Positions 18,956-28,848 of a stretch of 64,000 bases of DNA are shown one piece after another (the stretch's first letter is position 1; each line of letters begins with the position of its first letter). The notes beneath the pieces were generated by a model. It was not told the origin of the DNA. It did no database searches and was given only the letters and a program-made list of their open reading frames with translations. The position numbers and the translations under genes are program-made. The stretch lies in the NCBI GenBank assembly GCA_964247895.1, contig CAXTWG010000007.1, positions 1,518 to 65,517 of the forward strand. The letters are read 5' to 3'. Origin of the DNA: an uncultured Acidobacteriaceae bacterium (GTDB lineage Bacteria; Acidobacteriota; Terriglobia; Terriglobales; Acidobacteriaceae).

Positions 18956-20310
18956 GCTGTTCCGGCTTTGCGAAGGGTAAAGCGCTCAAAAAGGTCGATC
19001 AGGAGAAAAAGCAGAAAGCCCCCGTACAGGCGCACATTCATCTGGTAAATACCCTCGCCGGGCATGCCGAGCCTGGTGGCGAGCATGTAGGTCACCGCGA
19101 CCACGAGATACAGTGCGGGCCGCCAGGGCCAGAGCGCCAGAAAGGGAAGAAGCCAGAGAAAGTACCAGGGGTAGTGGGGGGAGAAACAAAGGTTGAGGGC
19201 GGTCGCAAGTAGGAGGCCGGAGCTGACGCAGACCGCCGGGTGGGTGGCTCCGCGCCGGAGCGCCCAGAACGCGACCGCGGCAAGCGCGACCGCGCACAGG
19301 GCCAGGTAAACCGGCGGGGCCAGCGTGAGATGCAGCGTGCGCTGCGCCCAGGCGAGCGGGAAGTAGCGTGCGCCGGTATCCAGGCCTTCTTCCTTCGCAT
19401 AGTCGGGGAGGAAGCCGAGAACGAGCTTGCCGACGCCGAGATAGGGCGCGTAGCCGGCGGCAAGGACGCCCGTGAAGACGAGCCCAGCGGCGAGCCGGCG
19501 GCGGCGGACGATGGCTGGGAGCAGGGCTGCGGGGTAGAGCTTGAGGAGCGCGGCTCCGGCCAGGGCTGCGCTTGCACTGAGGGGTTTGTCGCGGAGGCAG
19601 AGCAGGAGAGCCAGGGCGATAAAGGTCAGGGCTGCCGCATCGGCGTGGCCGCTGCTCCCAATTTCCCAGATGCAAACCGGGTGCCAGGCATACAGCAGCA
19701 CGCGTTCGCGAGGCTGGCCGAGCAGACGGAGGCAGCGGATGAGGAGCCCGCAGGTCAAGGCTTCAAAAGCGGTAAGGGCAAGCTTCATAAACAGGACGGA
19801 AGCATGGAGGCGGGTGACAAGGAGAAAGACGATTTGCGCGCCGGGCGGGTAGATGGTGTGGGCGTAATCGCGGCGATTGATGTGCGGGTAGATGGTGCCA
19901 TCGCGCAGAAAGGCGAGGTGCGGATCGGCAGGGATATAGCGGAAAGGGTTGATGCCGGCGTTACCGACAACCCCATCCCAGACGTAGCGGTAAACGTCGG
20001 TGGAAAGGAATGGTGGCGCAACTACTGCCACGAGGCGCGCGGCGAAAGCGATGAGGAGGATAAGCGGGAGGGTCCAGCGGTTTGTGGGCGAGCCGGTGAC
20101 GAGGGCGATGCCGCCGAGGTAAAGCATGAGCTGGCCGAAGAGGTCTTCGCTGAAGCCGTGGACGTAGTGGGTCCACTCGTGGGTGCCGGTGCGGACGAGG
20201 CTGATATAGAAGAAGCCGAAAAGAAGGATGGCGGCGTTGGTGAGCCATGCCGGGCCTGGCCCGGAGAGAAGCAAGGCGGAGGACGGCAGAGCGCGGGCAG
20301 AGGCCCTCAT
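18952..20310 (-). CDS. GT-C membrane glycosyltransferase (GT87/DUF2029-like)
   Basis: LSTDVYRYVWDG, TIYPP, YAWHP, GHAD, LLKLYP, HYPWYFLW; polytopic; ATGA overlaps on both ends. Confidence 0.82.
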   Translation of the reverse strand: MRASARALPSSALLLSGPGPAWLTNAAILLFGFFYISLVRTGTHEWTHYVHGFSEDLFGQLMLYLGGIALVTGSPTNRWTLPLILLIAFAARLVAVVAPPFLSTDVYRYVWDGVVGNAGINPFRYIPADPHLAFLRDGTIYPHINRRDYAHTIYPPGAQIVFLLVTRLHASVLFMKLALTAFEALTCGLLIRCLRLLGQPRERVLLYAWHPVCIWEIGSSGHADAAALTFIALALLLCLRDKPLSASAALAGAALLKLYPAALLPAIVRRRRLAAGLVFTGVLAAGYAPYLGVGKLVLGFLPDYAKEEGLDTGARYFPLAWAQRTLHLTLAPPVYLALCAVALAAVAFWALRRGATHPAVCVSSGLLLATALNLCFSPHYPWYFLWLLPFLALWPWRPALYLVVAVTYMLATRLGMPGEGIYQMNVRLYGGFLLFLLIDLFERFTLRKAGTA

Positions 20311-21068
20311 GGGTGCTGCTGCCCTGCGGCGATGGCGGGGGCGAGCTCGGCGAGCAGGGCGCGGGTGTGCGGGGCGGGATAGCCGTAGCCCCCGGCGGCG
20401 AACTCGGCCTGCAAGCGAGCGAGAGACTGGGCGTCGTCGACGTCGTACCAAGGGGTGAGTTCGAAAAGCGGGAGGCCGGCTTCCCCGGCGCGCTCGGCGG
20501 TTTGGGTCGCGACGAGCGCGGTGCTCCAGGTGATGTCCTCGAAGAGGCGGCTATGCGGCGCGCGCAGGCCGAGCAGGTAATAGCCGCCGTCTTCTGAGCG
20601 GCCGAGGACGGCTTGCTCTTTTTCCTGAGCGAGCGCCTGGGCGGCATGGATGAACTCGGCCGTGGGGACGGTGGGGCTGTCGGAGTCGATGAGGCAAACG
20701 GAGCTGTAGCCGCAGAGGAAGAGGTCTGTAGCAGTGAGCAGGAGGCGCTCGCCGAAACCGTCACCGCGCTGGGGGACGAGCAAGGTGGTTTCAGGCAGGA
20801 TGCCGGTAAAGGCTGCCTCTTGCCCGACGGGCGTGTAGGAGACGACGCAGTCGGCGGCGCACTGCCCGGCCGCCTCGCCAAGGTTCGCGAGAGTGTCGCG
20901 CAGGAAGGCTTTGTTGAGCGCGGCTGACTGCTCGGGGGCGAGGGGCGGAGTGAGACGCGTTTTGACGCGACCGGGTACCGGCGCTTTCGCCATGACCGTG
21001 AAGGCACAGCGGCCGGCAAGGGCGGGGTCGGGGCATGCAGGATCAAGGATGCGGAAGGGGTGGCTCAT
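20307..21068 (-). CDS. DUF2064 / TIGR04282-family glycosyltransferase-like protein
   Basis: AKAPVPGRVKTRL, QRGDGFGERL, DSDSPT, DGGYYLLG, WST, WYDVD. Confidence 0.85.
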   Translation of the reverse strand: MSHPFRILDPACPDPALAGRCAFTVMAKAPVPGRVKTRLTPPLAPEQSAALNKAFLRDTLANLGEAAGQCAADCVVSYTPVGQEAAFTGILPETTLLVPQRGDGFGERLLLTATDLFLCGYSSVCLIDSDSPTVPTAEFIHAAQALAQEKEQAVLGRSEDGGYYLLGLRAPHSRLFEDITWSTALVATQTAERAGEAGLPLFELTPWYDVDDAQSLARLQAEFAAGGYGYPAPHTRALLAELAPAIAAGQQHP

Positions 21069-21245
21069 GCGGCGGATCGCCCCTTCTGGAAGGCGCAAGG
21101 CAGAAGAGGTCTTCGGGTAGTTTCAAGGGTACTCAAACGCAGGCGGATCGCTCCCTGCCGCGGCTCCTGGATGGGTCGGCGGACAACGCCCAAGCATAGC
21201 TGGGACGGCGCGGATTTCCAAGCGGCGCGTACGTCCCAGGGCTCC

Positions 21246-24200
21246 CTACTGCGTCCCGCTCCATCCGTAGCCGGCGAGCAAAGTGCCGTTCTCACCGACC
21301 AGAAGCAGCGCTGCGCGGCCCGCTTCAAGGGCGCCCGAGAAAGTTTTGCGGCTCCGTGCATCGCGAAAGGAGACCGGCATGGTTTGGGTCTCCGAGCTGA
21401 GCACATACAAGGTGGCATGCGGCAGACGGGTGGGGCAGATGAGGATGCCCGGGTTGACCAAAGGGGTGGTGTAAGTGCGGTGGACGCCGGCTTTCGCGAG
21501 CGCATAGGCGTACACCTCCGCAACGCGCTGGAGATTGTCGTTCAGCTCCAGGGGAAGCGCGGAAAAAAGCACGCGGCCCCTGCCTAAGGGAAGCTCCGCC
21601 CAGGTTGCGCTGTTCGGCAGCACGGCGCGGTCGAGCACGGTAGTTTGCTGGCCGCCGTAGGTTAAGGGAAGCTCGCCGGAGGGGGATCCAAGGATTTCTT
21701 CCCGTTGCTGGAGCGGTGCGAGCGTGTAAGGCAGGCCGATGTTCTTGGCGCGGTCGGTCGGGTGCCCGTGCGGGTCCGCGCTGAAAGGGCCGGAAAGCAG
21801 CAGCGTCGCGCCTGAGCGCACGCGGGCCTCTAGCGCCGCCCAGGCTTTCTCGTCGAGGTTGTAGGCGGACGGAAGAAGGATGAGCTTGGGTGAGCCGAGC
21901 GTGTCGGTTTGGTATTCGCCGACCGCGTAGGCTTCTACGCGGTTGTAGTTGTAGAGCACACGCACAGCGGTTTGCTGGGCTTGCAGTGCTTGCGCTTTGA
22001 GCACCGACAATTGCAGCGACTGCGGCAGGATGACGGCCACCTCCGGCGGCGTGAGACCCGTGAAGGAGGGCGCAGCGGCTGTTGCGAACCGGCCCAGCTC
22101 GCCCAGCATGGCCTTCCATACCTTGGCCGAACCGTCAGAGCGCTCAATGCCGAAATCGGGCTCGCGCGCCCAGTCCCACTGGACCGCGCCGGAGGAGCCG
22201 GCGGCAAAACCGAGCGCGAGTTTGCGCTCGAGCAGCGCCGTGCCGGTCAGCTCGTCATAGCGCCAGACGCCGTCGGGGTTCCAGGCCGGCTGGTAGCCGG
22301 TTTCGCCCGTGATGTTGGGCAGGCCGGGGCGCTTGGCTACGACAGAATCCCAAAGCAGCGCTGCGTCCTGCCAGTAGGTGTGGTTGGTTGTAAAGCCGAC
22401 GCCGGCGGTGGCATAGAACTGGTTGAGTACGCGGTCGGTGACGCCCCCTTCGTCCTGGCCAACATCGACCAGCTGCGTGCTGCCGGTGGAGCGGATGGCG
22501 GCGACCATGCCGCGTGTCCATTGCGCGAATGTATCCTGTGCGAACAGGTTGTAGTCGAGCGCACGAACCTCATCCGCGTTGCCGTAGCGGTCGTAGGCGA
22601 GGTCGGCGGCCTTGGGCAACGGAATGCGCTCCCAGGCGGCGAGCTCGTCCGGGGTCACGCGCCATGCGTCCGCGAGCGCCGGGAGCGTGCTGTAGTGCTT
22701 GCGTAGCCAGCTTTGCCAAGCGGCGAGCTCGGCGGGGTCGTTGTTAGGAAGGTTGCCGTGGAAGATGGTCTTTGGGTTTGAAAAGGAAGGCTCGTTGATA
22801 AGGTCCCACGAGAGCCACGGGATGTCGTGGAACCGGCGCACGATCGAAAGGATCCAGGTTTGCTCGGCATGGACTGTGCTGGGGTCGAGGTAAGGGTTGG
22901 GTTCGGGATCGTTTGATTTCTCGTGCACGCTGGGGGAGAAGGCGAAGAAAGTGAAATTGACCGCGATACCATGCCGGTGCGCCGCGGCAAGGTAGGCCTC
23001 TACGTTGCGCAGAAAGCGTTCACCGGCCTGGCCGGTCGTGGGATTGAGCGTCTTGTTCTGGCCCATCCAGACGCCGGTGCGGACCCAGTTGACACCGTGG
23101 CGCTCCATGTCGGCGAAGTCGCGCTCCCACACGGCGTTGTTGCGGGGGCCTGAAAAATCCCATCCGTTCTCCTCCGTGGTGAAGTAGTTGGTTCCAACGG
23201 GCAGAAAGGGTTTGCCGTCGAGCGCGAGAAAGTCGCCGTGGGCGGTAAGGGAGGGGCCATTGGCTAGGGCGTTCGCGGGCTCGACGACGAAGCCGTTCTC
23301 GGTGTACTCGCCGGGGTTGTTGGGTGGCGTCCAGGTAGCGCGGACAGTGTACTGGCCGGGTGGTATCGGTTTGCTGAAGGGCAGGGGCGTATCGGGCTGG
23401 GCTGGGAGCTCGGCCTTGTCGAGGACGGTTGCGCCTTGCATAAGCTCCGCCCTGAGTACCCCTCCCGAGCCGCCGCGCAGGTGTGCCGTGAGCTCGGGCG
23501 GCTCATTGGGGCGCAGGGCGGCGTAGTGCGTTTCCAGCGAAAAATGCCGGGCGCCCGCTGCCGCATAGGCTGCTGCCGCGCGCAGGAGAGTCACGCCGTC
23601 CGGCGAGGCCCAATAGCCGGGCGCGGGGGTGAAGGGGAGGGCGACGATGCGGGAGCCGTTCTCGCGGTCGGCGACGATGACCGGGGCGGCCAGGTGCGTG
23701 CCGTCAAGGGCGTCGAGGTAGCCGAGGCCGTCCAGCCGGCCTTCCTGCGCGAACACTGCTTCCGCTCGCACTGAGACTGCCGGCAGAAAACTGTAGCCTG
23801 TCCGCCAGGTGAACCTGGCTTGTCCGCTCCCCAACGAGCCTTTTAGGGGAACCGGGTAGCTGTGCTTGAAGCCGAGCGCGCGGCTGTAGCTGTCCTGCGG
23901 CGCGAGCGCCCGGAACGCGCCGGGGGTGTCGCCCTCGATGGGCACGCGTCCCGGTTCGCCCCCGAGCAGCAGGAGGCTGCCACCGGCATGCAGGAAGCTT
24001 TCCATGCGATCCCAGGCGGCGGGGGGTATGGCAGAGCCATAAGGAAGGACCAGCAGGGATGCGCTTTCAAGCGGTGCGCCCGGGCGGCGCAGCTGCTGGA
24101 GGTCGGCAAAGGTCACCGAAGGCCCGAGCGCGGCTTGAAGTACGGCGCGCGGCACCGGATCGCTTTCCACAGTGGGGAAACCCGGCTGCTCAAACACCAC

Positions 24201-24269
24201 TACGCGGGGAGCCTGGGCAAAGACCCCGCCGGCTGCCATGGCCGTCCAGAATGCGCCGATCGCTTTCAA
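21246..24269 (-). CDS. Large exported clan GH-A glycoside hydrolase (GH42/GH5-like barrel plus accessory domains)
   Basis: TTG start gives signal peptide MKAIGAFWTAMAAGGVFA; GTNYF, NWVRTG, WDLINEP, ITGETG. Start is uncertain. Confidence 0.75.
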   Translation of the reverse strand: MKAIGAFWTAMAAGGVFAQAPRVVVFEQPGFPTVESDPVPRAVLQAALGPSVTFADLQQLRRPGAPLESASLLVLPYGSAIPPAAWDRMESFLHAGGSLLLLGGEPGRVPIEGDTPGAFRALAPQDSYSRALGFKHSYPVPLKGSLGSGQARFTWRTGYSFLPAVSVRAEAVFAQEGRLDGLGYLDALDGTHLAAPVIVADRENGSRIVALPFTPAPGYWASPDGVTLLRAAAAYAAAGARHFSLETHYAALRPNEPPELTAHLRGGSGGVLRAELMQGATVLDKAELPAQPDTPLPFSKPIPPGQYTVRATWTPPNNPGEYTENGFVVEPANALANGPSLTAHGDFLALDGKPFLPVGTNYFTTEENGWDFSGPRNNAVWERDFADMERHGVNWVRTGVWMGQNKTLNPTTGQAGERFLRNVEAYLAAAHRHGIAVNFTFFAFSPSVHEKSNDPEPNPYLDPSTVHAEQTWILSIVRRFHDIPWLSWDLINEPSFSNPKTIFHGNLPNNDPAELAAWQSWLRKHYSTLPALADAWRVTPDELAAWERIPLPKAADLAYDRYGNADEVRALDYNLFAQDTFAQWTRGMVAAIRSTGSTQLVDVGQDEGGVTDRVLNQFYATAGVGFTTNHTYWQDAALLWDSVVAKRPGLPNITGETGYQPAWNPDGVWRYDELTGTALLERKLALGFAAGSSGAVQWDWAREPDFGIERSDGSAKVWKAMLGELGRFATAAAPSFTGLTPPEVAVILPQSLQLSVLKAQALQAQQTAVRVLYNYNRVEAYAVGEYQTDTLGSPKLILLPSAYNLDEKAWAALEARVRSGATLLLSGPFSADPHGHPTDRAKNIGLPYTLAPLQQREEILGSPSGELPLTYGGQQTTVLDRAVLPNSATWAELPLGRGRVLFSALPLELNDNLQRVAEVYAYALAKAGVHRTYTTPLVNPGILICPTRLPHATLYVLSSETQTMPVSFRDARSRKTFSGALEAGRAALLLVGENGTLLAGYGWSGTQ

Positions 24270-24353
24270 AGCGATGAAGCGGTTCCGCAGTCGGGCGCGG
24301 CCGGCCTTTTCAGCTCCGCGACGGCGCCTGCTTCCCTTTTGCAGAAACTGCTG

Positions 24354-24430
24354 TTGACAATTGCTCACGGAAGCCAAGATACTCCACGTCGGGTTGTGCA
24401 ACGTTCCCATTCTCAATGGGAACGCTATCA
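24354..24430 (+). promoter_or_regulatory. Sigma70-like promoter with two LacI-type operator-like sites upstream of TBDR3
   Basis: TTGACA (24354)-N18-GATACT. GTGCAACGTTCCCA (24396-24409) and TGGGAACGCTATCA (24417-24430) resemble TGnnAnCGnTnnCA and form a perfect 10-bp inverted repeat. Confidence 0.55.
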
Positions 24431-24495
24431 GAGCCGGCAATGCGCGAAACGAAATGCCGGACAGCTCCGCCCAAAGTCTTCTTGGTGAGGCATCG

Positions 24496-27400
24496 ATGAT
24501 CCAAACATTCCGTCAGCAGCGCTCCATCCGCTCGCTCCTGCTCTCCACCAGCTTCATTGCAGGCTCCGCCCTGGCTCAAAGCCCCACCGGCACGATCTCC
24601 GGCACGATCCTGGACACATCCGGCGCTACCGTGGCCAACGCCACAGTCACTATTACGAATACGGGAACCAGCGTCAGCCAGACCGCGCACACCGATGCTG
24701 CTGGCCGCTACAGCCAGGGCAACCTCAATCCCGGCGACTACCAGGTCACGGTTGTTGCGCCGGGCTTTACACCCGCGCAGCAGAACGCGGTCACCGTCGA
24801 CATCGCGCAGACCCACCCGGTCGACTTTTCCCTCGCGGTCGGCAGCGACACCGCGCAGGTTACGGTCCAGGCCACCACGCCTGAGCTCCAGACGGACACC
24901 GCTACCACCGGCCAGGTCATTACCGGCAAGCGCATCCTGGACCTCCCTTTGAATGGTCGCAACCCGTACGACCTCGCAATCCTGGTCCCGGGTGTGAATA
25001 ACGTCGGCACGGGCGCGGGCTCCTCCTCCACCCCGCACATTGCCGGCTCCCGCAACGCCAACAGTGAGGTCCAGCTCGACGGCATCAGCACCATCCTGCC
25101 TGAAAACAATGTCGGCAACGGCACAGAGGCCTACCAGCCGATCGTCGACTCGGTCGCCGAGTTCAATGTGCAAACCACCGTGTTGCCGGCCGACTATGGC
25201 AGGTTCTCGGGCGGTGTGATCAACGTGGCCACCCGCACCGGCACCAACGCCTTCCATGGCGACCTGTACGAATTCAACCGGGATTCCAGCTTCACGGCCC
25301 GCGACTATTTCGCCGCTCCCAACTCCCCTGTCTCGCCCTCGCAACGCAACCAGGCCGGCGGCTCCCTCGGCGGCCCTTTCATCAAGGACCGCACCTTCTT
25401 CTATGCTGGCGCGCAGATTTCGCGGGAAACCGATTCGGTAACGGAAACTGACAGTGTCGCGACCGCGCTCGAGCGGCAGGGGAACTTCAGCGAGCTCCTC
25501 GCCCAGCCCACGCCGATCCGGATTTATGACCCGCGCAGCGCCCAAGCGGGTACCTACACGAACAGCAGCGGTCAGGTCGTGACAGGTTTTGTTCGCACGC
25601 CGTACGCGAATAACATCATCCCGGCAAACCAGTTCAGCCCGGCGGGCTTGGCGGCGCTCAGCTTTCAGCCCTCTCCGAACGTTCCCGGTGCTGGGCTCTT
25701 CAATAATTACGTTAGCACTGGGGCCACGACCAACAACTTCTACCAGTTTGACACCCGGGTGGACCATAACTGGACGCCGGGCTGGCACACCTTCGTCCGT
25801 TTCTCGCATCTTGCGAGCACGTACACCCCATTCGCCGACTACACGGTGAACGCGGCCGGGCAGCCGACCAATGGCATTGCCTCGCAGGACTTCCAGGGAG
25901 GTCCGAGCCAGGGCGGCGGGTATAACTTCGCTTTTGATAACACCCTTACCCTCAGCCCGTCGCTGTTGCTTGACATTCGTTACGGCTTTAACCGGGCCAC
26001 GACGAATCGCACGCCCACCGGCGGCACGTTCGACGTGACTCAGGTCGGCCTGCCCGCGGCGCTGCGGTCGAATAACTTCCAGGCGTTTCCCTCGTACGGC
26101 ATCGGCAATGGCTACTCGGGCATTGGTTCGACCGGGTATGTGCCGCTGCTCCAGAACCCGTCTTCGCACATCCTGGTGGCCAACATCTCCAAGGTCAAGG
26201 GCGCGCACTCGCTCAGGTTCGGTTTCGAGTTCCGCAAGCTCTTCTTGAACTTCTACCAGTACGGCTATCCGCAGGGGCAGTTCAACTTCTCGCAGAACTT
26301 TACGCAGAACGTCGTAAATGATACTTCCGCGGGCGGCGGCAATCCCTTCGCCTCGCTCCTGCTCGGCACCGGCGACTCGGGGCAATATACGATCGACCCC
26401 AGCTTCGCTACCGCGGGAGCGTACTACGCGGGCTATGCCGAAGATACCTGGCGCGTGACTAATACTTTCACCGTAAGCTATGGCCTGCGCTGGGATGCGG
26501 ACCAGCCCCGTACCGAGCGGCATAACCAGCTCTCCTACTTCAACCCGAACGACATTTCGCCAATCAATAGCTTGGTCGCCGCGAATCCCCTTTACCCGGC
26601 GCTTGGCAACCTGCGCGGGGCAACCCATTTCGTCGGCACTGGAAGCGGGCAGTTCGGCCGTCAGCAGACCAATACGCACAAGCTCGACTTCGGTCCGCGC
26701 ATCGGCTTGATCTGGAGCCCGGACCCGAACTGGGCTGTGCGCGCCGGCTTCGGCCTGGTCTACGCCTCCTCAACCGTCCAGCCTGCGGGCACCACGGGTG
26801 GAGCAGGCACTGAAGGCTTCAACACGAACACGAGCACACCGTTTTCCTTCGATAGCGAGCGGACCGTCAACGCCACCCTCGATAACCCGTATCCGACAGG
26901 CCTCCAGTTGCCTTTGGGCGCGGCTTCAGGCCTCGGCAATAACATCGGCACAGGCATTCAAGACTCTTTCCTGACGAACGGCAATACCCGCACACCTTAT
27001 TCAGAACAGGCAAACTTGACTATTCAGCGCACACTGCCCGGGCAGACCATCATCGAGGTAGGTTGGCTGATGAACCTGGGTAAGTTCCTCGTACAGGGCA
27101 ACCCCGGCGTGCCTTTCGACCAGGTGAACCCAAGCTATCTATCGCTGGGCAGCGCGCTTCAAACGCAGGTGCCGAACCCGTTCTACGGTATCATCACGAC
27201 TCCCGGCTCGCCGCTCGCACAGCCGACTATCCAGCAGAACTACCTGCTGCGGCCCTTTCCGCAGTACAACGGCGTCACCGAATACCGCAAAGACACCGCC
27301 TTCTCAAACTACAACGCTCTTACAGTGCGGGCGGACAAGCGCTTTGCGCAGGGGCTGACGCTCCTGTTCTCCTTTACTGCCGGCAAGCTGTTTGATAATT

Positions 27401-28047
27401 CTGCTTCCGCGGTCACTTTTCTTGGCCCAACCAGTGTGACCTACAACAACCAATACAATCCTGCGGCTGAGTATGCCCTGTCTCCTCAGGATGTCTCACG
27501 AGACCTTGTGACCAGTTACACTTACGAGTTGCCGTTCGGGCCGGGGCGGCGCTTCCTGGGTTCCTCGCACGGCATCCTGGGCACGCTGCTAGGCGGCTTT
27601 CAGACGTCCGGTATCGTCAGCTGGATCAGCGGAACTCCGATTACCCTGGGCGCGGCGACCGACAACTCGCAGCTCTTTACTCTCGGAGAGCGGCCGACGC
27701 AGAGCAGCCCGAATGCGAAGCTGCCCAACGCGACGCGCGACCATTATTTCAACACGGCTCTATTTTCGAATCCGGCCCCCTACACCTTGGGCAATGCCCG
27801 CCGAACGCTGGATAACATCCGCACCCCGCAGCTCGTGAATACGGACCTGTCCGCGATCAAGAACAACCACTTCGGCCCGGACGGCCGCTATAACCTGGAA
27901 CTGCGGCTGGAAGGCTTCAACGCCTTCAATCATGTGCAGCTCAGCGCTCCCGACACGGGCGTCAACGACGGATCGAACTTTGGGCGGATCACCAGCGCAG
28001 CTAACAGCCCGCGTCAGGTACAACTAGCGGCTAAGTTCTATTTCTAA
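24496..28047 (+). CDS. TonB-dependent receptor, Oar-like
   Basis: ATG 24496 follows GAGG; GTISGTILDTSGA, LPLNGRN, RNQAGGSLGGP, YGLRWD; ends AKFYF. Confidence 0.92.
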   Translation: MIQTFRQQRSIRSLLLSTSFIAGSALAQSPTGTISGTILDTSGATVANATVTITNTGTSVSQTAHTDAAGRYSQGNLNPGDYQVTVVAPGFTPAQQNAVTVDIAQTHPVDFSLAVGSDTAQVTVQATTPELQTDTATTGQVITGKRILDLPLNGRNPYDLAILVPGVNNVGTGAGSSSTPHIAGSRNANSEVQLDGISTILPENNVGNGTEAYQPIVDSVAEFNVQTTVLPADYGRFSGGVINVATRTGTNAFHGDLYEFNRDSSFTARDYFAAPNSPVSPSQRNQAGGSLGGPFIKDRTFFYAGAQISRETDSVTETDSVATALERQGNFSELLAQPTPIRIYDPRSAQAGTYTNSSGQVVTGFVRTPYANNIIPANQFSPAGLAALSFQPSPNVPGAGLFNNYVSTGATTNNFYQFDTRVDHNWTPGWHTFVRFSHLASTYTPFADYTVNAAGQPTNGIASQDFQGGPSQGGGYNFAFDNTLTLSPSLLLDIRYGFNRATTNRTPTGGTFDVTQVGLPAALRSNNFQAFPSYGIGNGYSGIGSTGYVPLLQNPSSHILVANISKVKGAHSLRFGFEFRKLFLNFYQYGYPQGQFNFSQNFTQNVVNDTSAGGGNPFASLLLGTGDSGQYTIDPSFATAGAYYAGYAEDTWRVTNTFTVSYGLRWDADQPRTERHNQLSYFNPNDISPINSLVAANPLYPALGNLRGATHFVGTGSGQFGRQQTNTHKLDFGPRIGLIWSPDPNWAVRAGFGLVYASSTVQPAGTTGGAGTEGFNTNTSTPFSFDSERTVNATLDNPYPTGLQLPLGAASGLGNNIGTGIQDSFLTNGNTRTPYSEQANLTIQRTLPGQTIIEVGWLMNLGKFLVQGNPGVPFDQVNPSYLSLGSALQTQVPNPFYGIITTPGSPLAQPTIQQNYLLRPFPQYNGVTEYRKDTAFSNYNALTVRADKRFAQGLTLLFSFTAGKLFDNSASAVTFLGPTSVTYNNQYNPAAEYALSPQDVSRDLVTSYTYELPFGPGRRFLGSSHGILGTLLGGFQTSGIVSWISGTPITLGAATDNSQLFTLGERPTQSSPNAKLPNATRDHYFNTALFSNPAPYTLGNARRTLDNIRTPQLVNTDLSAIKNNHFGPDGRYNLELRLEGFNAFNHVQLSAPDTGVNDGSNFGRITSAANSPRQVQLAAKFYF

Positions 28048-28064
28048 CTCTACGAAAACAACCG

Positions 28065-28096
28065 AAGGGCGTCCTGGCAACGGGACGCCCTTTGTT
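28065..28096. terminator. Intrinsic terminator between convergent TBDR3 and larB
   Basis: aagggcgtcc / ggacgccctt 10-bp stem followed by tgtt. Confidence 0.7.
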
Positions 28097-28844
28097 ATGC
28101 CCGGCGCGCGGCGATGAGGCAAGCCAGGTAACCCGCGCCGAAGCCATTGTCTATGTTGACCACCGAGGTATTCGGGGAGCAGCTATTGAGCATCCCGAGC
28201 AGGGCGGCAACACCGCCGAGGCTTGCCCCGTAACCGACGCTGGTGGGCACGGCGATGACCGGGACGGCGACCAGGCCGCCGAGGACGCTGGGCAGCGCGC
28301 CCTCCATGCCCGCACAAGCGACGACCACATCGGCTTCACGCAGCATGGGCAGTTGGGCTAGCAGGCGATGGAGGCCGGCGACGCCGACATCGGTGATGCG
28401 GGTGACCTCGGCGCCGTAGAGCTCAGCGGTGAGCGCGGCTTCTTCGGCGACGGGAAGGTCGCTCGTGCCCGCGCACACAACCGCGATACGGCCGTCGCGT
28501 TTGGGCGTCTGTCCGGGCAGGGTGATGCAGCGGGGGAGCGGATGATACTGGGCCGCAGGGGTGGTGGCGAGCACGGTTTCGGCATGATCCGGCCGGGCGC
28601 GGGTGGCCAGCGCCGGCACGCCGCTGGCCGCGAGTCGGGCGAAGATGGCGGCTACCTGGGCGGGTGTTTTGCCCTCGGCATAGACGGCCTCCGGCATCCC
28701 GGAGCGCAGGCTGCGGTGGTGGTCGATCTTTGCGAAGCCGAGGTCCTCGAAAGGCAGGGTGGTGAGCCGGTCGGCGAGTTCGGCCTCGGTGGTTGCGTCT
28801 GCCTTGTAGGCGCGCAGGAGCGCGAGCAGGGCTTCACGGTGCAT
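28095..28844 (-). CDS. larB: Nickel-pincer nucleotide cofactor biosynthesis protein LarB (AIR-carboxylase-like)
   Basis: [75 protein letters not shown]. Confidence 0.92.
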   Translation of the reverse strand: MHREALLALLRAYKADATTEAELADRLTTLPFEDLGFAKIDHHRSLRSGMPEAVYAEGKTPAQVAAIFARLAASGVPALATRARPDHAETVLATTPAAQYHPLPRCITLPGQTPKRDGRIAVVCAGTSDLPVAEEAALTAELYGAEVTRITDVGVAGLHRLLAQLPMLREADVVVACAGMEGALPSVLGGLVAVPVIAVPTSVGYGASLGGVAALLGMLNSCSPNTSVVNIDNGFGAGYLACLIAARRA

Positions 28845-28848
28845 GGGT

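Noticed and set aside
24310-26679. 789-aa antisense ORF, and similar long shadows such as 1102-2415, 13014-14000, 19240-20382 and 53368-54702
   Set aside because: They lie opposite well-supported genes, are R/V/G-rich and have no motifs; this is expected from high-GC codon bias.
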